From positions 21,080,001-21,144,000 of the forward strand of contig OZ076416.1 of NCBI GenBank assembly GCA_964187785.1: DNA of 64,000 nucleotides, given 5' to 3'. Of the stretch, positions 1 through 11,438 are shown one piece after another. Position 1 is the stretch's first letter. Every line of letters starts with the position of its first letter. Source of the DNA: Amphiscolops sp. MND2022 (lineage: Eukaryota). Both the position numbers and the translations under genes were made by a program. The notes beneath the pieces are model-generated. The model saw only the letters and a program-made list of their open reading frames with translations. It was not told the origin of the DNA and made no database searches.

Positions 1-264
1 AGTATATTAAGGGTGGTAATCTTATATCAATGGTAAGGGACGGAATTAAGTCTCAAAGTCGTTAGTATAGTCAATTTCGTAGAATCGGTCCGACGGTTCG
101 TAGAGTCTGGGCGATCATTGTGCACGATTTTATATGTTCGGATATAGGCCTTTTCCATCTGTTGCTGCCAGACAACAGTGGGAATACCTTTTGTATCCTT
201 AATTTTTTGGCTGTATTTTATTGTTGGAGGATCTGAAAAGACATATTGTCGAACCGACATATAG

Positions 265-1860
265 TCATGTAATTGGAGTCGTGGCAAAATTAGTTTTTTG
301 GATCAGTCTTTTTGGTGTTGGATTGACTTGAGTTAGCAGCCTCTGAGTCGCTTGCTCTTTTTGACTTTCCCTCAGAGTTTGATGCCTTTGTATCTTTCTG
401 TTCTGTCTGTGTCCTCTTGGGACGCACGTGAGCGCCAGCGCCTTGCCAACATCTTTTAGTTGGATGGTTCTTTTCTCACATGTGTTACATAGTAGGTAAG
501 TTGGACACTGTGGTTTCTTGCCATCTTTCTTCTCCATTTCTTTCTTCTTTTTTAGTTTAGGACAGTTTTTGTGGTAATGGTCGGTCGCTTTACAATATTA
601 GCATTGGGCGTCTTTGTTGGTGTTGATACCGTTAGACAGCAAGTTGCTATGTTTCGTAGACGCCGAGGCCATAGTGGCCATTGCCAAGTCATTTGACTCA
701 TCTGATGCGTTGAGTTCTAGTTCTCTTTCGAGATGAGCGACTATCTCTTCGTACGTTCCGTTCTCCAATCGGGCATATTGACAGATCGCTTTAGCTTTGG
801 AGGCAGTTTCGCGTATAGCAAGCTGTCAATCGTGCTTTTTGCATTTTCACCAAAAGCTTTTTCTGCCTCTTGGTTCAATTCTTCCAAGAAGTCCGGCAAT
901 TTCATGGTACCTGGGTTGAATATCATATCGTACTTTCGCCGGAATATGACCAGTACGTCTTCTACAATTTGACGGTTGATTGAATTTATGTTCCTGAACG
1001 TCTGTAATGCCCCCTTTCGTAACAATGAATGGAAGTGATTGATTTTCATCTGTTCTGTCATTGCGGGTTGCTTTTTGATCATCGTGTGGAACAAGTCCTC
1101 GAAAAGCTCAATTCTTTCGCTTTTCCGGTCAAACGTCATCGGAGTTGTTTGGTGATGACGTGATGGTCATAAATTGAGGTTTGTTTTGTAAATTGACCAA
1201 TACATCGGCCGATCTATCGACTGGATCCTGAGGAGGTTCAGGTACCTCTGGGTCTGGGGCTGGCAGAGTCGTGTCCAGAGAGACGTTGTGGTTGGATTGC
1301 TGCCTGTCCAAGTTTGAGATTGAGTGGATTCGTGCAGTCAGAAAATCAGGAACTTGCGGTTGGGTGTCGATAGCTCCTGTCACCATGTAAGAACCATATT
1401 CTGTGGTGTCAAATCACCTACAGACCGCGAGTCCTTTTTAGAATTCTTTGTTTTAGGCCCAGATTCAATTTCCCTGTTTTCCTGACTATTAGGGGACATA
1501 CTGGCCTCAGTGTCCCTGTGCCCTGTGGAGGACAATGAGTTAGCATTACTTTGAATCTCTGGAGTACCTCTCTCAGCTATTGCAGTAGTGATATCTCTGT
1601 TTGTTTGGCTATGCATCATAGACATCATTGAGTCCAATTCGTTAAAGAAAGCCTCAAAGGACTGTCTAACATCATTTTGCCTCGAAGCATCATTTTCATA
1701 TGTAAGTCTCTATATTCATCTCTATGGTACGTGTTTTTATCTTCGTCCTCGTGGGCTGAGGACTGTTCTATAGCATCAGCTAATGCTCTTTCTATGGGAT
1801 TGTTATTCTGATTTCCCAACATTACGTCTAGTTTATCGAAATCGGACATCATTGGACTTT
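265..1860 (-). pseudogene. gag: Ty3/Gypsy gag region, frameshifted fragments
   Basis: ORF 741-1139 (FDRKSERIELFEDLFHTMIK...KINHFHSLLRKGALQTF) resembles the gag at 56192-56422; Cys-containing relic in ORF 265-537; upstream broken ORFs 1129-1852. Confidence 0.7.
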
Positions 1861-1892
1861 CCCGGCGGTTAGCAAACTGATGGTGTGGCGGG

Positions 1893-2418
1893 AAGCCCGT
1901 AGGTCCAAAAAGTTAGCAACAATATACATGCACAAAACAAAGCAAAACACATGCGTTTCAACACTCATCAACGTTTCACGGAATTACATGTGGATGTGTT
2001 AATAACACCCAATATGACATCACTGTCAGGCTTTCTGGGGTTAAATGTACATTCCCTAAATAATTAAGGCTTCTCTAGTATCCGAGTAAAAGCACTTGTT
2101 AGCTAGCGCCTTTAATTTAAGTGTGGACCCAGTGTCCAATCGACATAAGAGTACTAGCTTGTTTGTTGACAGGCGCCATTTGGCCGTCTAGTCCATTGAT
2201 TAAAAGCACTGAGTAAAGCATTGAATGAAAGCACTGGTATTAAAATACTGCGCTAAGATTGGCTAATGGCTTATTCGCACTCGCTGTCCAAGGCGACAGG
2301 CAAGGAAACATTTGAACGCGTTTCCTTCACCTGTACGCCTTGGTGTCAAATTTACTAACATCAGAGAATTAGCGCCAGTATATAAATTTGTTGTGCGATT
2401 ACGTAATACAAAATCACA
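1893..2418 (-). repeat. candidate 5' LTR plus primer-binding site of the 1-2.4 kb Gypsy
   Basis: Minus strand starts TGTGATTTTG at 2418 and is followed by TGGACCTACGGG (PBS-like, 1907 downward) just upstream of gag. No second LTR in the window to confirm. Confidence 0.4.
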
Positions 2419-3029
2419 TCTCTAAATGATGTTTTATACTAAAAGTATATGAGTTACATGATTTTTAGGATAATAAATACAGTTTTCTACTTGAAAGCTT
2501 TTAGTTTAAGGGAGTTGTATTTGGTTTAGCCTTCTGGTAATCGTGACAGATGGATTATAGATTACCATCACAGGTGGACGCCTGGGACAAATATACAAAA
2601 AATTGTGATTCAATATGACCTTTTCCAAGTAAACTTTGATTTTCATGGGCACAAATATTTTCAATTAAAAGTTTCAGACGAAGACCACTTTTGATTAAAT
2701 TCAATGTCTTTGTCATTTAACTATATGAAAAACTAGGGAAAATTTTCTCCTAGTTTGAGAACACATCAACAACAAAGTAGTTTAACAGTAATATTTGGTA
2801 CGCTTTTTATATAAATTGATACTGAACCGCCGATTCGCGAATGTTGTTTCGCTCAATTTTTTTTTCGCGAATATTAAAGAGAATGTTTCTTATAACACAA
2901 GGAGGTTCTATTGTTCATGGTGATCGGCCACGACAGTACCAGTGAGATCCTGAAGAGGCCGAAATCACGTGATCGAAGCAAACCAAGAGGAAATCGGTAC
3001 TGAGCTAGAATCTTCAAAGAAAACAACTA

Positions 3030-3620
3030 ACGTTTTGTGGGTAGACTCGTTTGTCGAAAATTATTTCAAAAGTTGAAAAAACTTGACAATCAACACTTGA
3101 AAGGAAAAATGATAACTTGGTCTCTTTTTCAGTATACGGACAATACAGACTATTGGAATCTATTGATGATAGAAGATTTAGACAACGAAAGAATTGAAGA
3201 TTGTAAGGGTTCCATTTTTGGTTTTGATGATATGCTTGACAAAAATCAAATTAGAAGACCCTCAGACACAACCTGTGGGAGACACCATTTGTTTGATGTT
3301 TGCAATCAGCCGAATCTTGTATGAATTGACAAAATGACCTATCAGGAACAATCACAACTTGATCATTGTGTTCATACAAACGCACAAACAAAGATGTTGA
3401 ACGCATTTCTAGAGAAAACTTTGTAATTGTCGTATGAAGTGTTTAAAAAGTTTTGCCAGGAAGCATGGAAAAAAGGAAAGAAATAACAACAAAAAGATAA
3501 AATCTTTTTTTAACGAAAAAATATGCTACTTGTAATTTGAACAGAATCCAATGACCGTACCAAAAACAGACTTTCGATGAATTATAACAGGTAAAAATTC
3601 TGTACTAATGATACTTGGTA
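3030..3620 (+). pseudogene. relic A32/FtsK-like packaging ATPase of Polinton/Maverick-like type
   Basis: Across three frames: degenerate Walker A (VGRLVCRK), Walker B-like FDDML, GRH motif, IRNNHNLIIVFIQT, KDVERI, SYEVFKKFCQEAWKK. The motif order matches what I recognise for Polinton-type ATPases; several stops and frameshifts. Confidence 0.65.
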
Positions 3621-4047
3621 TTACTTTGAAATTGTAACAGCTTTTCTATGATAGCTGTGATTTCTGCTTTTCTTCCAGGTAACATTTGCTCCATAATACA
3701 GCATTACTGAACCGTACAAATTTTCATCACGATCAGGTGGAAAATGATATAGACCTGTCGGCTGGAAGTTCCTTCAGTTTCTGAAACTTTAGTTTTGACG
3801 CTCCTCCAATCCACTTTCGAAAGTTGAACCCACAAATTATGTAATCATAAGTAAGGTGGAACAACAATTTGTTTTAAAAAAGTGAAAAAATTGGAAAAGG
3901 TATTATGTCATCTTCCAGATTAGTGGTTATTTTTCGCCCCCACAACCTTATTTGTGTATGGGGGAGGAAAATGATAACCTGTTGCGTTTTTTTTTACAAA
4001 TTCTGCCAAATCTCCACGATCTGCATCCAGTTCAGTTGGTTACTATT

Positions 4048-5088
4048 CTAGTTACTCCCCAGTATGTCTCTAACCTGTTGGCAAGTGAGACACTGGCTGA
4101 CGTATTCGCCCACTGTGCGGCGTATCCCAGGCCAGGTATGGCGTTCTTGTATTCGCGCCACAACCATGCTAATGCCTTGGTGTCCCATGGCATCATGCGC
4201 ACGAAAAAGGATCTCGTGTTGGTACAACTGAGGCATTACAATCATACAGGGTCGCTCGTGCAGCGGACGCTGTGAAGGCGGGTATTTCACACAGAGAACA
4301 CCATTTGAGTTCAAGAACAGTACCTCCTTCTTTTGTTTGAAGTAGTTGCGGGCAAATGTACGAACATCTTCAGGAAAGATGTCTTGACTTATGCCTTCTC
4401 CATGGACAAGCCTTTTGATCGCTAGGACATGAACGTCCCGGTTTTGGGCTAACACCAGGTCCTTGATAAAATGGACAGTGTGGGTATGTTCGTGGAGCTC
4501 AGTATTCACGCTGCGAAAAGCCATTACTGCCTGCTTGATGTGGTTAGGCGCATTTTGTAGTGCCGCGCCTTCGGTGTTAGCCACGTCATAGGTGGTACGT
4601 GAGGCAATGTTGGTTGCGTGCGTAGGCAGTAAGTAATCATGTCGGGCTTCTTCAGTGACATCTATCCAATCCTCTGGGTAATCGGGATAGAAGTCTTCGT
4701 GGGCCTGTAGGATGGGAGGTGGCGGTGAGGGTAGTGGACTGTGTAAGACTTCGTTCCGTTTAGCTTGTCTCTTTGCTCGTTTTGAGCGACGAATCACGCG
4801 TTGAACCAGATCAGGGGGGTTTGGTTGTAGATTTTTCAAGTGTATCGGTAACTCAGGATGATTGGGAATTACCCGTCCTTGCTGATCAAACAAAAGTGCG
4901 GTGGGGAGCCGTTCGTATTCGTCTTGGGATAGGAAATTCCAACGTTCTGCATCTGGTGGTAGTTTTTCAAGCTGTCGTTCTCTCCATCGGCAATCATTGG
5001 TGCGTTTGGACAAACCATCGGCATTGCGATGTTGCGTTCGTGGTCGGTGTTCCACACGGAAATGGTATTTTTCCGATCCATCTACCAA
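4048..5088 (-). pseudogene. pol: RNase H end, long linker and integrase HHCC zinc finger (truncated)
   Basis: HRNADGLS, then HDAMGHQG...WPGIRRTVGEYVSQCLTCQQ; no DDE core follows. Confidence 0.85.
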
Positions 5089-6175
5089 TGAGAGCTTGAT
5101 CCGTGGAATACGTTTTTAGCCATGAAAGTGCTTGATTATCCACTCTCAACGTGAACTTTCGTGGACACAAGTAACTATTGTTTTTGACAATGAAGTGATA
5201 TGCCGCGTACATTTCTAGCTTCGATGCTCCGTATTTGGCTTGGGTGGCAGTAAGCTTCTTGCTGCGATACACAATGGGACGTAGGCGCCTTTCTCCTGGT
5301 GGGCCTTGCCACTGATGGAGAATACCTGAAATTGCGACAGCGCTGGCATCAGTATCCAGCACAATTTCTCCTTCGGAATCCGGTTGCGCACGAGCAGTGG
5401 CATCAATGAGTGCATCAAGGGTTCAGATCCCCAGGCAAAAGTGGCTTTAATGCCGGTGATCGCATGCAAGGGAGCCACCATTTTGGCGTGCCAAGGAATA
5501 AATTCGCGGTAATAATTGGCAAAGCCTAGGAAGCTTTGCATCTCCGTTTTGTTACGCGGATTTTCCCAGTCACGTAGTTTTGAGACAGCCTTGGGATCGG
5601 GTTTTATTCCTTCTGCTGACACTACGCGACCAAGGTACTTGATCTCGGACTTCATGAAGTCGCATTTAGCAACTCTCATTTTGAAGCCAGCTTCTCGCAA
5701 GCATTCAAAAACTTCACGAAGACGTACCATGTGATCCTCCACTGTTTTCGTGGCGATAACAATGTCATCGATGTAGGCCATCACCATGTTACCTTCACGA
5801 TTCACGATCTTGCGTAGCGCCCGGGCTATTGCTCTTTGGAAGTTGGCAGAGGCATTGCACATCCCAAAGGGCATGCGTCGCCATTCAAACAATCCTAGCT
5901 CGCAGGCGAAGGCAGTTTTTTGACGGTTTGCTTTCTTTTCGGACAGGGATTTGCCAGAAAGCCCAAGCTAGATCTATACTGGTGTAGATTTTAGCTTTGC
6001 CCAGCCTGGCGAGGCTTTCATCTATCCGAGGCAATGGATACGCATCTTTGACGGTAACTTCATTCAAAGGGTGGAAATCACAACAAAAGCGTAACTCGCC
6101 ATTCTTTTTCTTGACCTTGACTATCCCGGTCGCCCAAGGTGACAGGGAGGGCTGAATCATGCCCAATGCAAGCAA
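4994..6175 (-). pseudogene. pol: reverse transcriptase and RNase H, split by frameshifts
   Basis: PLPRIDESL, IDLAWAFWQIP, MPFGMCNA, YIDD, FLGFANYYR, DTDASAVAISGIL, ELEM-like SKLEMYA, DNQAL. Confidence 0.93.
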
Positions 6176-8736
6176 ATTACGTACCTCCTGATTGCACGTT
6201 CTGCCTTTTCGCGGGACATGCGTCTTGCACCCTCACGGTGGGGTACTGCACCTGGTTCTAGTTCAACGGGGTGCTTGGCTATGGTGCATCGACCAATATC
6301 AGCCTTGTGTTTCATGAACAAATCGTCAAATTCGGTCAAAATGTTTTCTAGTGAGGCGCTGGCTTTGGGACCCCATAGGTTCTGGACCTCTTTAAGCTGT
6401 GACTCAGGTCCTTGTACTGGAGCCATGAGTTCGGGATCCGTACGCTTACGTACCTCGCGTTCTGAAAGACCTTCCTCGGTGGGGTCTGCTGAGGACAAAA
6501 AATCAAATTCAGAAAAAGAAGTTAATTGTGAATTAGTATCGTAATTCATCTCTTCATAAATTTTGTTAACAAACGCAAATTGGTCATTATCGACCTGAGT
6601 TCGTTGGGTGGGTTTAGGTGTAGACTGTTGTGGGATGGCCCGATAGACCAATGACACGGGCACCACGTTGCCCAATTGGGTTCCCCTTCGTATCCGTTGT
6701 GGGTTACTGGTCATGTTTAGCACGCTGACAAAAACATGGCCTGCTTCACCGACAGTGGCAACGCTGTCCTCTAAAAACACAATGTTTCGGAGCGACATAT
6801 CAGCTATTGCCGCATTTATTATCACGTTTTTGAATATCAACGGTTCAAGGTCATTGGTGACCAATTTCGCTTTGACCACCGTTCGTTCCAATGGCTGTAG
6901 AACCAAATCGCTGTCTAAAGCGACGGGAGTGGCTACGGAAGCATCACCTACCTGTGTAAGTGCATGATGCCAGACAGGTTTCACTGGCGCGCGGACCACA
7001 ATCTTCATGGAGGTCAGATCCATGAGCACCTGGTAGGTTCGGAGGAAGTTACGTCCTAGCAGTAAATCCTCCACGCCCATGGCATCATCCACCACGACGA
7101 AAATGGTTTCAAGTTCGTAGCCTCCTAACTGGAAACGGATTTGTTCTGCCAACCCAAAGGTTTTGATTGTTTTGCCGTTGGTGGCATACAAGTCAATTTG
7201 GTACGGTTTCAGTACAGAGCCTGTTTGGGCGGCTATACGGTTGAAAGCTGAAAAGGTCAGGACAGATACGCCAGAGCCTGTGTCAACGAGTCCTCGCAGA
7301 AAGATTGGTGCCGCCTGGGGCACAACAAAGGAGACTACGAGTGAGGCGCGCTCGTCTATCCGTGCCTCACCAGTAGGTTCTTGATGATTTATATTGTAAC
7401 ACTTGAGTTCCTGCGCGCCCAAGCAGATTCCAGGAGGAAAGATGTCCACCACTACGCAGGCTTCAAACATCACATCTACTCCATCCATGGTGGCGCAGAT
7501 AGGCACGGGAGAATAAGTCGTGAGAGTGTCGGAATCCCCTGGGGCATACCACTCCTTGGGATGGGGTATTTCCACGCGTTTGTACAGGGTTTGTAGTTCA
7601 ACCCAAAGTTTGGCTAACGTCAACGTTGGTCGACGCAATTGTTCCGCAGCCAACATCAGGTGAATAGAGATCAACGTTTGTCCCTGAGGGTCGAACGTGG
7701 TTGGTTCTAGGCAGGTTTGGACTTGCTTTGTACCGCAGGTGATAGTCAATGGGGTGTAGAACGCGGGTGGTTCCGCTGGAAGCAACATTAGCACACAGTC
7801 AGCCTCTAATGGCACTGTTTGGACAGCGACCCCGGCCGACTCTACCTCTGCCCAGCGATTGTGAGCAAGTTCTTCGTCTGGAATCACAAGAATTCCAGTG
7901 CACGGTGAGTCAACATTGTCGAATATGCCACAGTGAGCACATTGGCGAATTCCATGATAGTTATCCAGAATTCCATCGGTCACGTCTTCAGCAGTTATTT
8001 TTCCTCCTTCTGGTTCTGGCGCAGCTGCAGCTTTGCGAGCCTGGTCGCGATTGGGGCAATCTTGAGCGAAGTGGCCAGTCTGACCACAGTTGAAACAAGC
8101 GCCTAGTGGAAGGCGTGCGACAGGTGGTGCTGCCGCCAGATTTGTTGGGGCGTTATTAGCGGGAGGGGGTGATAGAACCCCTCGAGGAAACACCAGCTTG
8201 TTGGGTGGTAATGGTGCAAAGGGATGAGGTCTTGATCTCATGGCATATCTGGGGTCATACGGTACAGACTTGGGTCTAGTACGCTGCAATTGTCGGGTCG
8301 TAAATCGCAAGGATTCTACCGTGTGAGGTTCGCTGACAGTGGTCTCGGTTGCATAGATGATGGACAATTCCCTTCGTAAAATGGGATCACGAATGCCCTC
8401 AATGAAGCCCTGGAGGATTTCGTAACGTTTGGTTGTGACGGGCTCTTCGGGAAAGCCTTGGCTTCGAAGCCCTTCCAGTGCGTCCAAATACTGCATCCAA
8501 TCTTCTCTATCGGATTGCTGCCGGGTGGTGAAGGCCTGGCGCACTTGCATGCGGTTGCCTCCAGTCCCAAATCGACTAGCTAGTAATTCGAATACTTTTT
8601 CGGGGGTGTCCCTTTCAGACTCGGCTTTATTGATGATATAATTGCGAGCTTCACCTTCCAGGTGTCCGATAATGCTCCAGGCTTTATCGTCAGGAGTTGC
8701 CTTGGCTTGCGTACGCTGTAAATAACGTCGCATCAC
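6157..8736 (-). CDS. gag: gag C-terminal part with zinc knuckle plus aspartic protease
   Basis: CFNCGQTGHFAQDC knuckle; LVDTGSGVS protease motif; LLGRNFL. Confidence 0.9.
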   Translation of the reverse strand: MMRRYLQRTQAKATPDDKAWSIIGHLEGEARNYIINKAESERDTPEKVFELLASRFGTGGNRMQVRQAFTTRQQSDREDWMQYLDALEGLRSQGFPEEPVTTKRYEILQGFIEGIRDPILRRELSIIYATETTVSEPHTVESLRFTTRQLQRTRPKSVPYDPRYAMRSRPHPFAPLPPNKLVFPRGVLSPPPANNAPTNLAAAPPVARLPLGACFNCGQTGHFAQDCPNRDQARKAAAAPEPEGGKITAEDVTDGILDNYHGIRQCAHCGIFDNVDSPCTGILVIPDEELAHNRWAEVESAGVAVQTVPLEADCVLMLLPAEPPAFYTPLTITCGTKQVQTCLEPTTFDPQGQTLISIHLMLAAEQLRRPTLTLAKLWVELQTLYKRVEIPHPKEWYAPGDSDTLTTYSPVPICATMDGVDVMFEACVVVDIFPPGICLGAQELKCYNINHQEPTGEARIDERASLVVSFVVPQAAPIFLRGLVDTGSGVSVLTFSAFNRIAAQTGSVLKPYQIDLYATNGKTIKTFGLAEQIRFQLGGYELETIFVVVDDAMGVEDLLLGRNFLRTYQVLMDLTSMKIVVRAPVKPVWHHALTQVGDASVATPVALDSDLVLQPLERTVVKAKLVTNDLEPLIFKNVIINAAIADMSLRNIVFLEDSVATVGEAGHVFVSVLNMTSNPQRIRRGTQLGNVVPVSLVYRAIPQQSTPKPTQRTQVDNDQFAFVNKIYEEMNYDTNSQLTSFSEFDFLSSADPTEEGLSEREVRKRTDPELMAPVQGPESQLKEVQNLWGPKASASLENILTEFDDLFMKHKADIGRCTIAKHPVELEPGAVPHREGARRMSREKAERAIRRYVICLHWA

Positions 8737-10399
8737 GAGGATCCAACCATCAATGGAACCTTCCTTGGATCCTCTATAGACGCTGGCTTAGCTTGCGTTT
8801 GGTCACGTCCAGCCAGCAGAGGGGCCAGTTCCTTGGACATTGCCTTTGAAATGGCGGCTGTGAATCGCAGCTGTTCTGGGGATATCACTTCCTCTCCCTC
8901 ACTAGGGGCTGGAGAAATGTCTTGACTGCCTCTAGTGGCTTGCACAGATAGTTCACCATTCGTGTTATCTTTCTGGCGAGTACTGCTGGCGCAAGGCTTG
9001 CCTGTGAGCATTCCTTCGCTCGCGGTCAAGAACAGTGATTTGGTCCCAGCAGTTTTTATCCTGACGGTTGCGTAGGCTTCATCCTCTGTGCTGCTAGTGC
9101 GTGAGCCAGCAGTTGCTCTGGTGTCAGTCAAGTCAAAGGTCGACGATGTGATCGGCATTGGGTCTACTCCCTGATCCCTGGTTCGGGTCAGCGACGTCAT
9201 CGGTGGCGTTGGTGCATCATCACTGAGTACGTTGGGCGTGCACACGTGCACTTTTGTGGCTTTCTTGTTTATCGGTGGTGGTATGACTACTTTGGGCTGC
9301 GTTTTAGGGCTTGTTTTCAGTGTTATTGACGGGTTGGGGGTGCGCATAGGCAACATCTTAATCGTGGACTCAATAGGTTCGGCAACTTCAGTTTGCTTTA
9401 CCTCTGGAGTTCTTGTGTGAGATACAGCTCCACTTTGAGTACGAATCTGGTCACTGAGTTCAGCAAATTGTGCTTCCACGCCGAGTTCGCGCTGGAGGAA
9501 TAAGTCCTTCATCTCCTCCAGACGATAGCCCATAGCGTCCACTTTCGCAGCTTACACTGTGGTCTGCTGGGTCGAGCTCCTCAAGCTACCTTTTACGGAG
9601 TCCTGCAGGGCTTCCAATTCTGCAGTCATGACCTCGTGCTGTTCATTGCATTCGGCACGAGTGTCGGCCAGACGTGCTAGGGCTCGTTGGGCTTCAACTT
9701 CCACTTGCAACATTGCAGTCCGTGCGGCAGCGGCTTCCTCGACAGCCCGATAGGCCGAGGACCTTCGAGATGAAGTAGTGGACACGGTACCGTCACGAGC
9801 TAGTTCATCTTGCACACACACTGTTGGAGGGCGCGTTCTTTGCTTGCCGGAGGTTTTCGCTCGACAAGCCTCCAGACGATACTTTGCATAGTTCATCCCA
9901 CCGACATAAGTCATGCCTTCCAAGATTGCATCAGTATCTTTACTAGCTGGGCTGTCGTTGTTCTTGGGTGTTCCTGAGCACCCAGCGCGCACAGGGGAGG
10001 GGTCACCTCCACTGCCGTTTGGTTGGAGTTGGACCACAATCCAGCCGTCTGAGGCGATGTCAACTCGCCTCTCTTGTCTTGGATCCAGTGTCCTGTGCGG
10101 ATTAGTTCTTCCGATAGGGGTGAGTTTAGGGCCATAGCATTCTGATCTTCCCGCCGTTGCTGATCAACAGTAACACAGTCACTCATTGCTTCTGGAAAAG
10201 AGGAACCAGTCGATAATGACTTTGTTGGTGGCCATTCTCTCAGACTCACCTGACTTATAGTATCTGAGCTTTCACGTTGGGTCGAGCTTATCTCTTGCAG
10301 TTCGCTCGAATCGGTAGCGTCAGACGCATTGGGTTCGCTACCTTCCTCCGTGGTATGCGTGAACAGCCGGACTACGGTTGCTCCACCCACCCAAAACAT
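8733..10399 (-). pseudogene. N-terminal gag-side ORF segments of the same Gypsy element
   Basis: Three adjacent co-oriented ORFs (8733-9542, 9552-10037, 9911-10399), Ser/Thr/Pro-rich and coiled-coil-like, separated by single stops or frameshifts. Confidence 0.6.
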
Positions 10400-10584
10400 G
10401 ATGCTTCACATGTTGATCTAAGATACGTCACAAGTCGATTCACCAGTATCCCCAGCTTCGAGTCACTGGGCCGTACTGCCGTTCGCCCGTACCTACCCCT
10501 CGAAGCGTTGCCGGTGTGACAAGCGTCCAACCTGACTATGAGCTGTCCTGAGGTCACCCAATCCGTTCCCAGAGGCCACTAAAG

Positions 10585-11438
10585 TGTACTAGACTACGTT
10601 AGGCCTCCAGTCGTCTCGGTGTGGACCTAAGCAATTTTCAACTACGGAATGCCTCGCGAATATCGAAATTGCTTCCAAGGGCCATAGCGGGCTCAAAATC
10701 GCACACGTAGTAGGTTTTCACACACAAGTCCGGAAAACGAACTCAGATCGGGGTTAAACGGGGGTTAAACAGATCTATGAAACGGTCAGGAAGGGTTTAC
10801 AACAATTTTTGACTTTCCTCGAACAGTGTCAAAAATAACACAAGTGGCCCGTGTCCGTCACCTAGTGGTCGGAGTTGGCTCAAATTTGGCCAGGGGTACC
10901 TACACGCACGTAGGTACACAGAATTGAGCACCGTTGGGGGCTCCGACGCTTGTACACAGTTTCCCCTGAGCACAGACGTGCGGCATTCCTATGTATCAGT
11001 AGGGGTCAAAATGCACCCTAATCACACAATTTCTGAGCACTGGTTGCAGTCAGCGTTCTGGTTTTTCCCTAGCAGTGTTTCAGCTAGTATCAGTTACGTT
11101 GGTGAGCAACAAACTGTTCTCACTCTCTGGCTAAGGTATTCGGGTCTATTGAAAAAACGGCCTTTTTGTAACCTTTTTTGGACAGTACGTTTTCGGCTAT
11201 TTCTCGATGACTATCGTATCGACCGACACAAAAATTGGCACACGCTGCCAGTAGGTACCTACAATGCCGTTAAGATAGTCCAATTGCAGCGCTTGGGCAT
11301 GCGGAGGACTTCGGGTAGATCTGGACACCACTTTAGAAAAAAAACAGTCTTTTTTGACACTTTTTTCACAAATCGGCAAAGAAGGTCGACACTACAATTG
11401 TTACGGCAGGGTCAATGGGGTTAGCGTGTTGCCCCACA
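10585..11438 (-). repeat. candidate 5' LTR
   Basis: TG...CA termini (minus TGTGGGGC...TACA), followed by a degenerate PBS-like TTTAGTGGCCTCTGGG. Single copy only. Confidence 0.4.

Larger units (their letters stand above)
4060..11438 (-). mobile_element. Ty3/Gypsy LTR retrotransposon, truncated inside integrase, frameshifted
   Basis: Order gag (CCHC) - protease - RT - RNase H - integrase zinc finger is the Gypsy order. Coding similarity stops near 4060; the integrase core and 3' LTR are absent. Confidence 0.93.

Noticed and set aside
4773-8641. Plus-strand ORFs opposite the Gypsy pol
   Set aside because: Antisense shadows of the long minus-strand coding frame.
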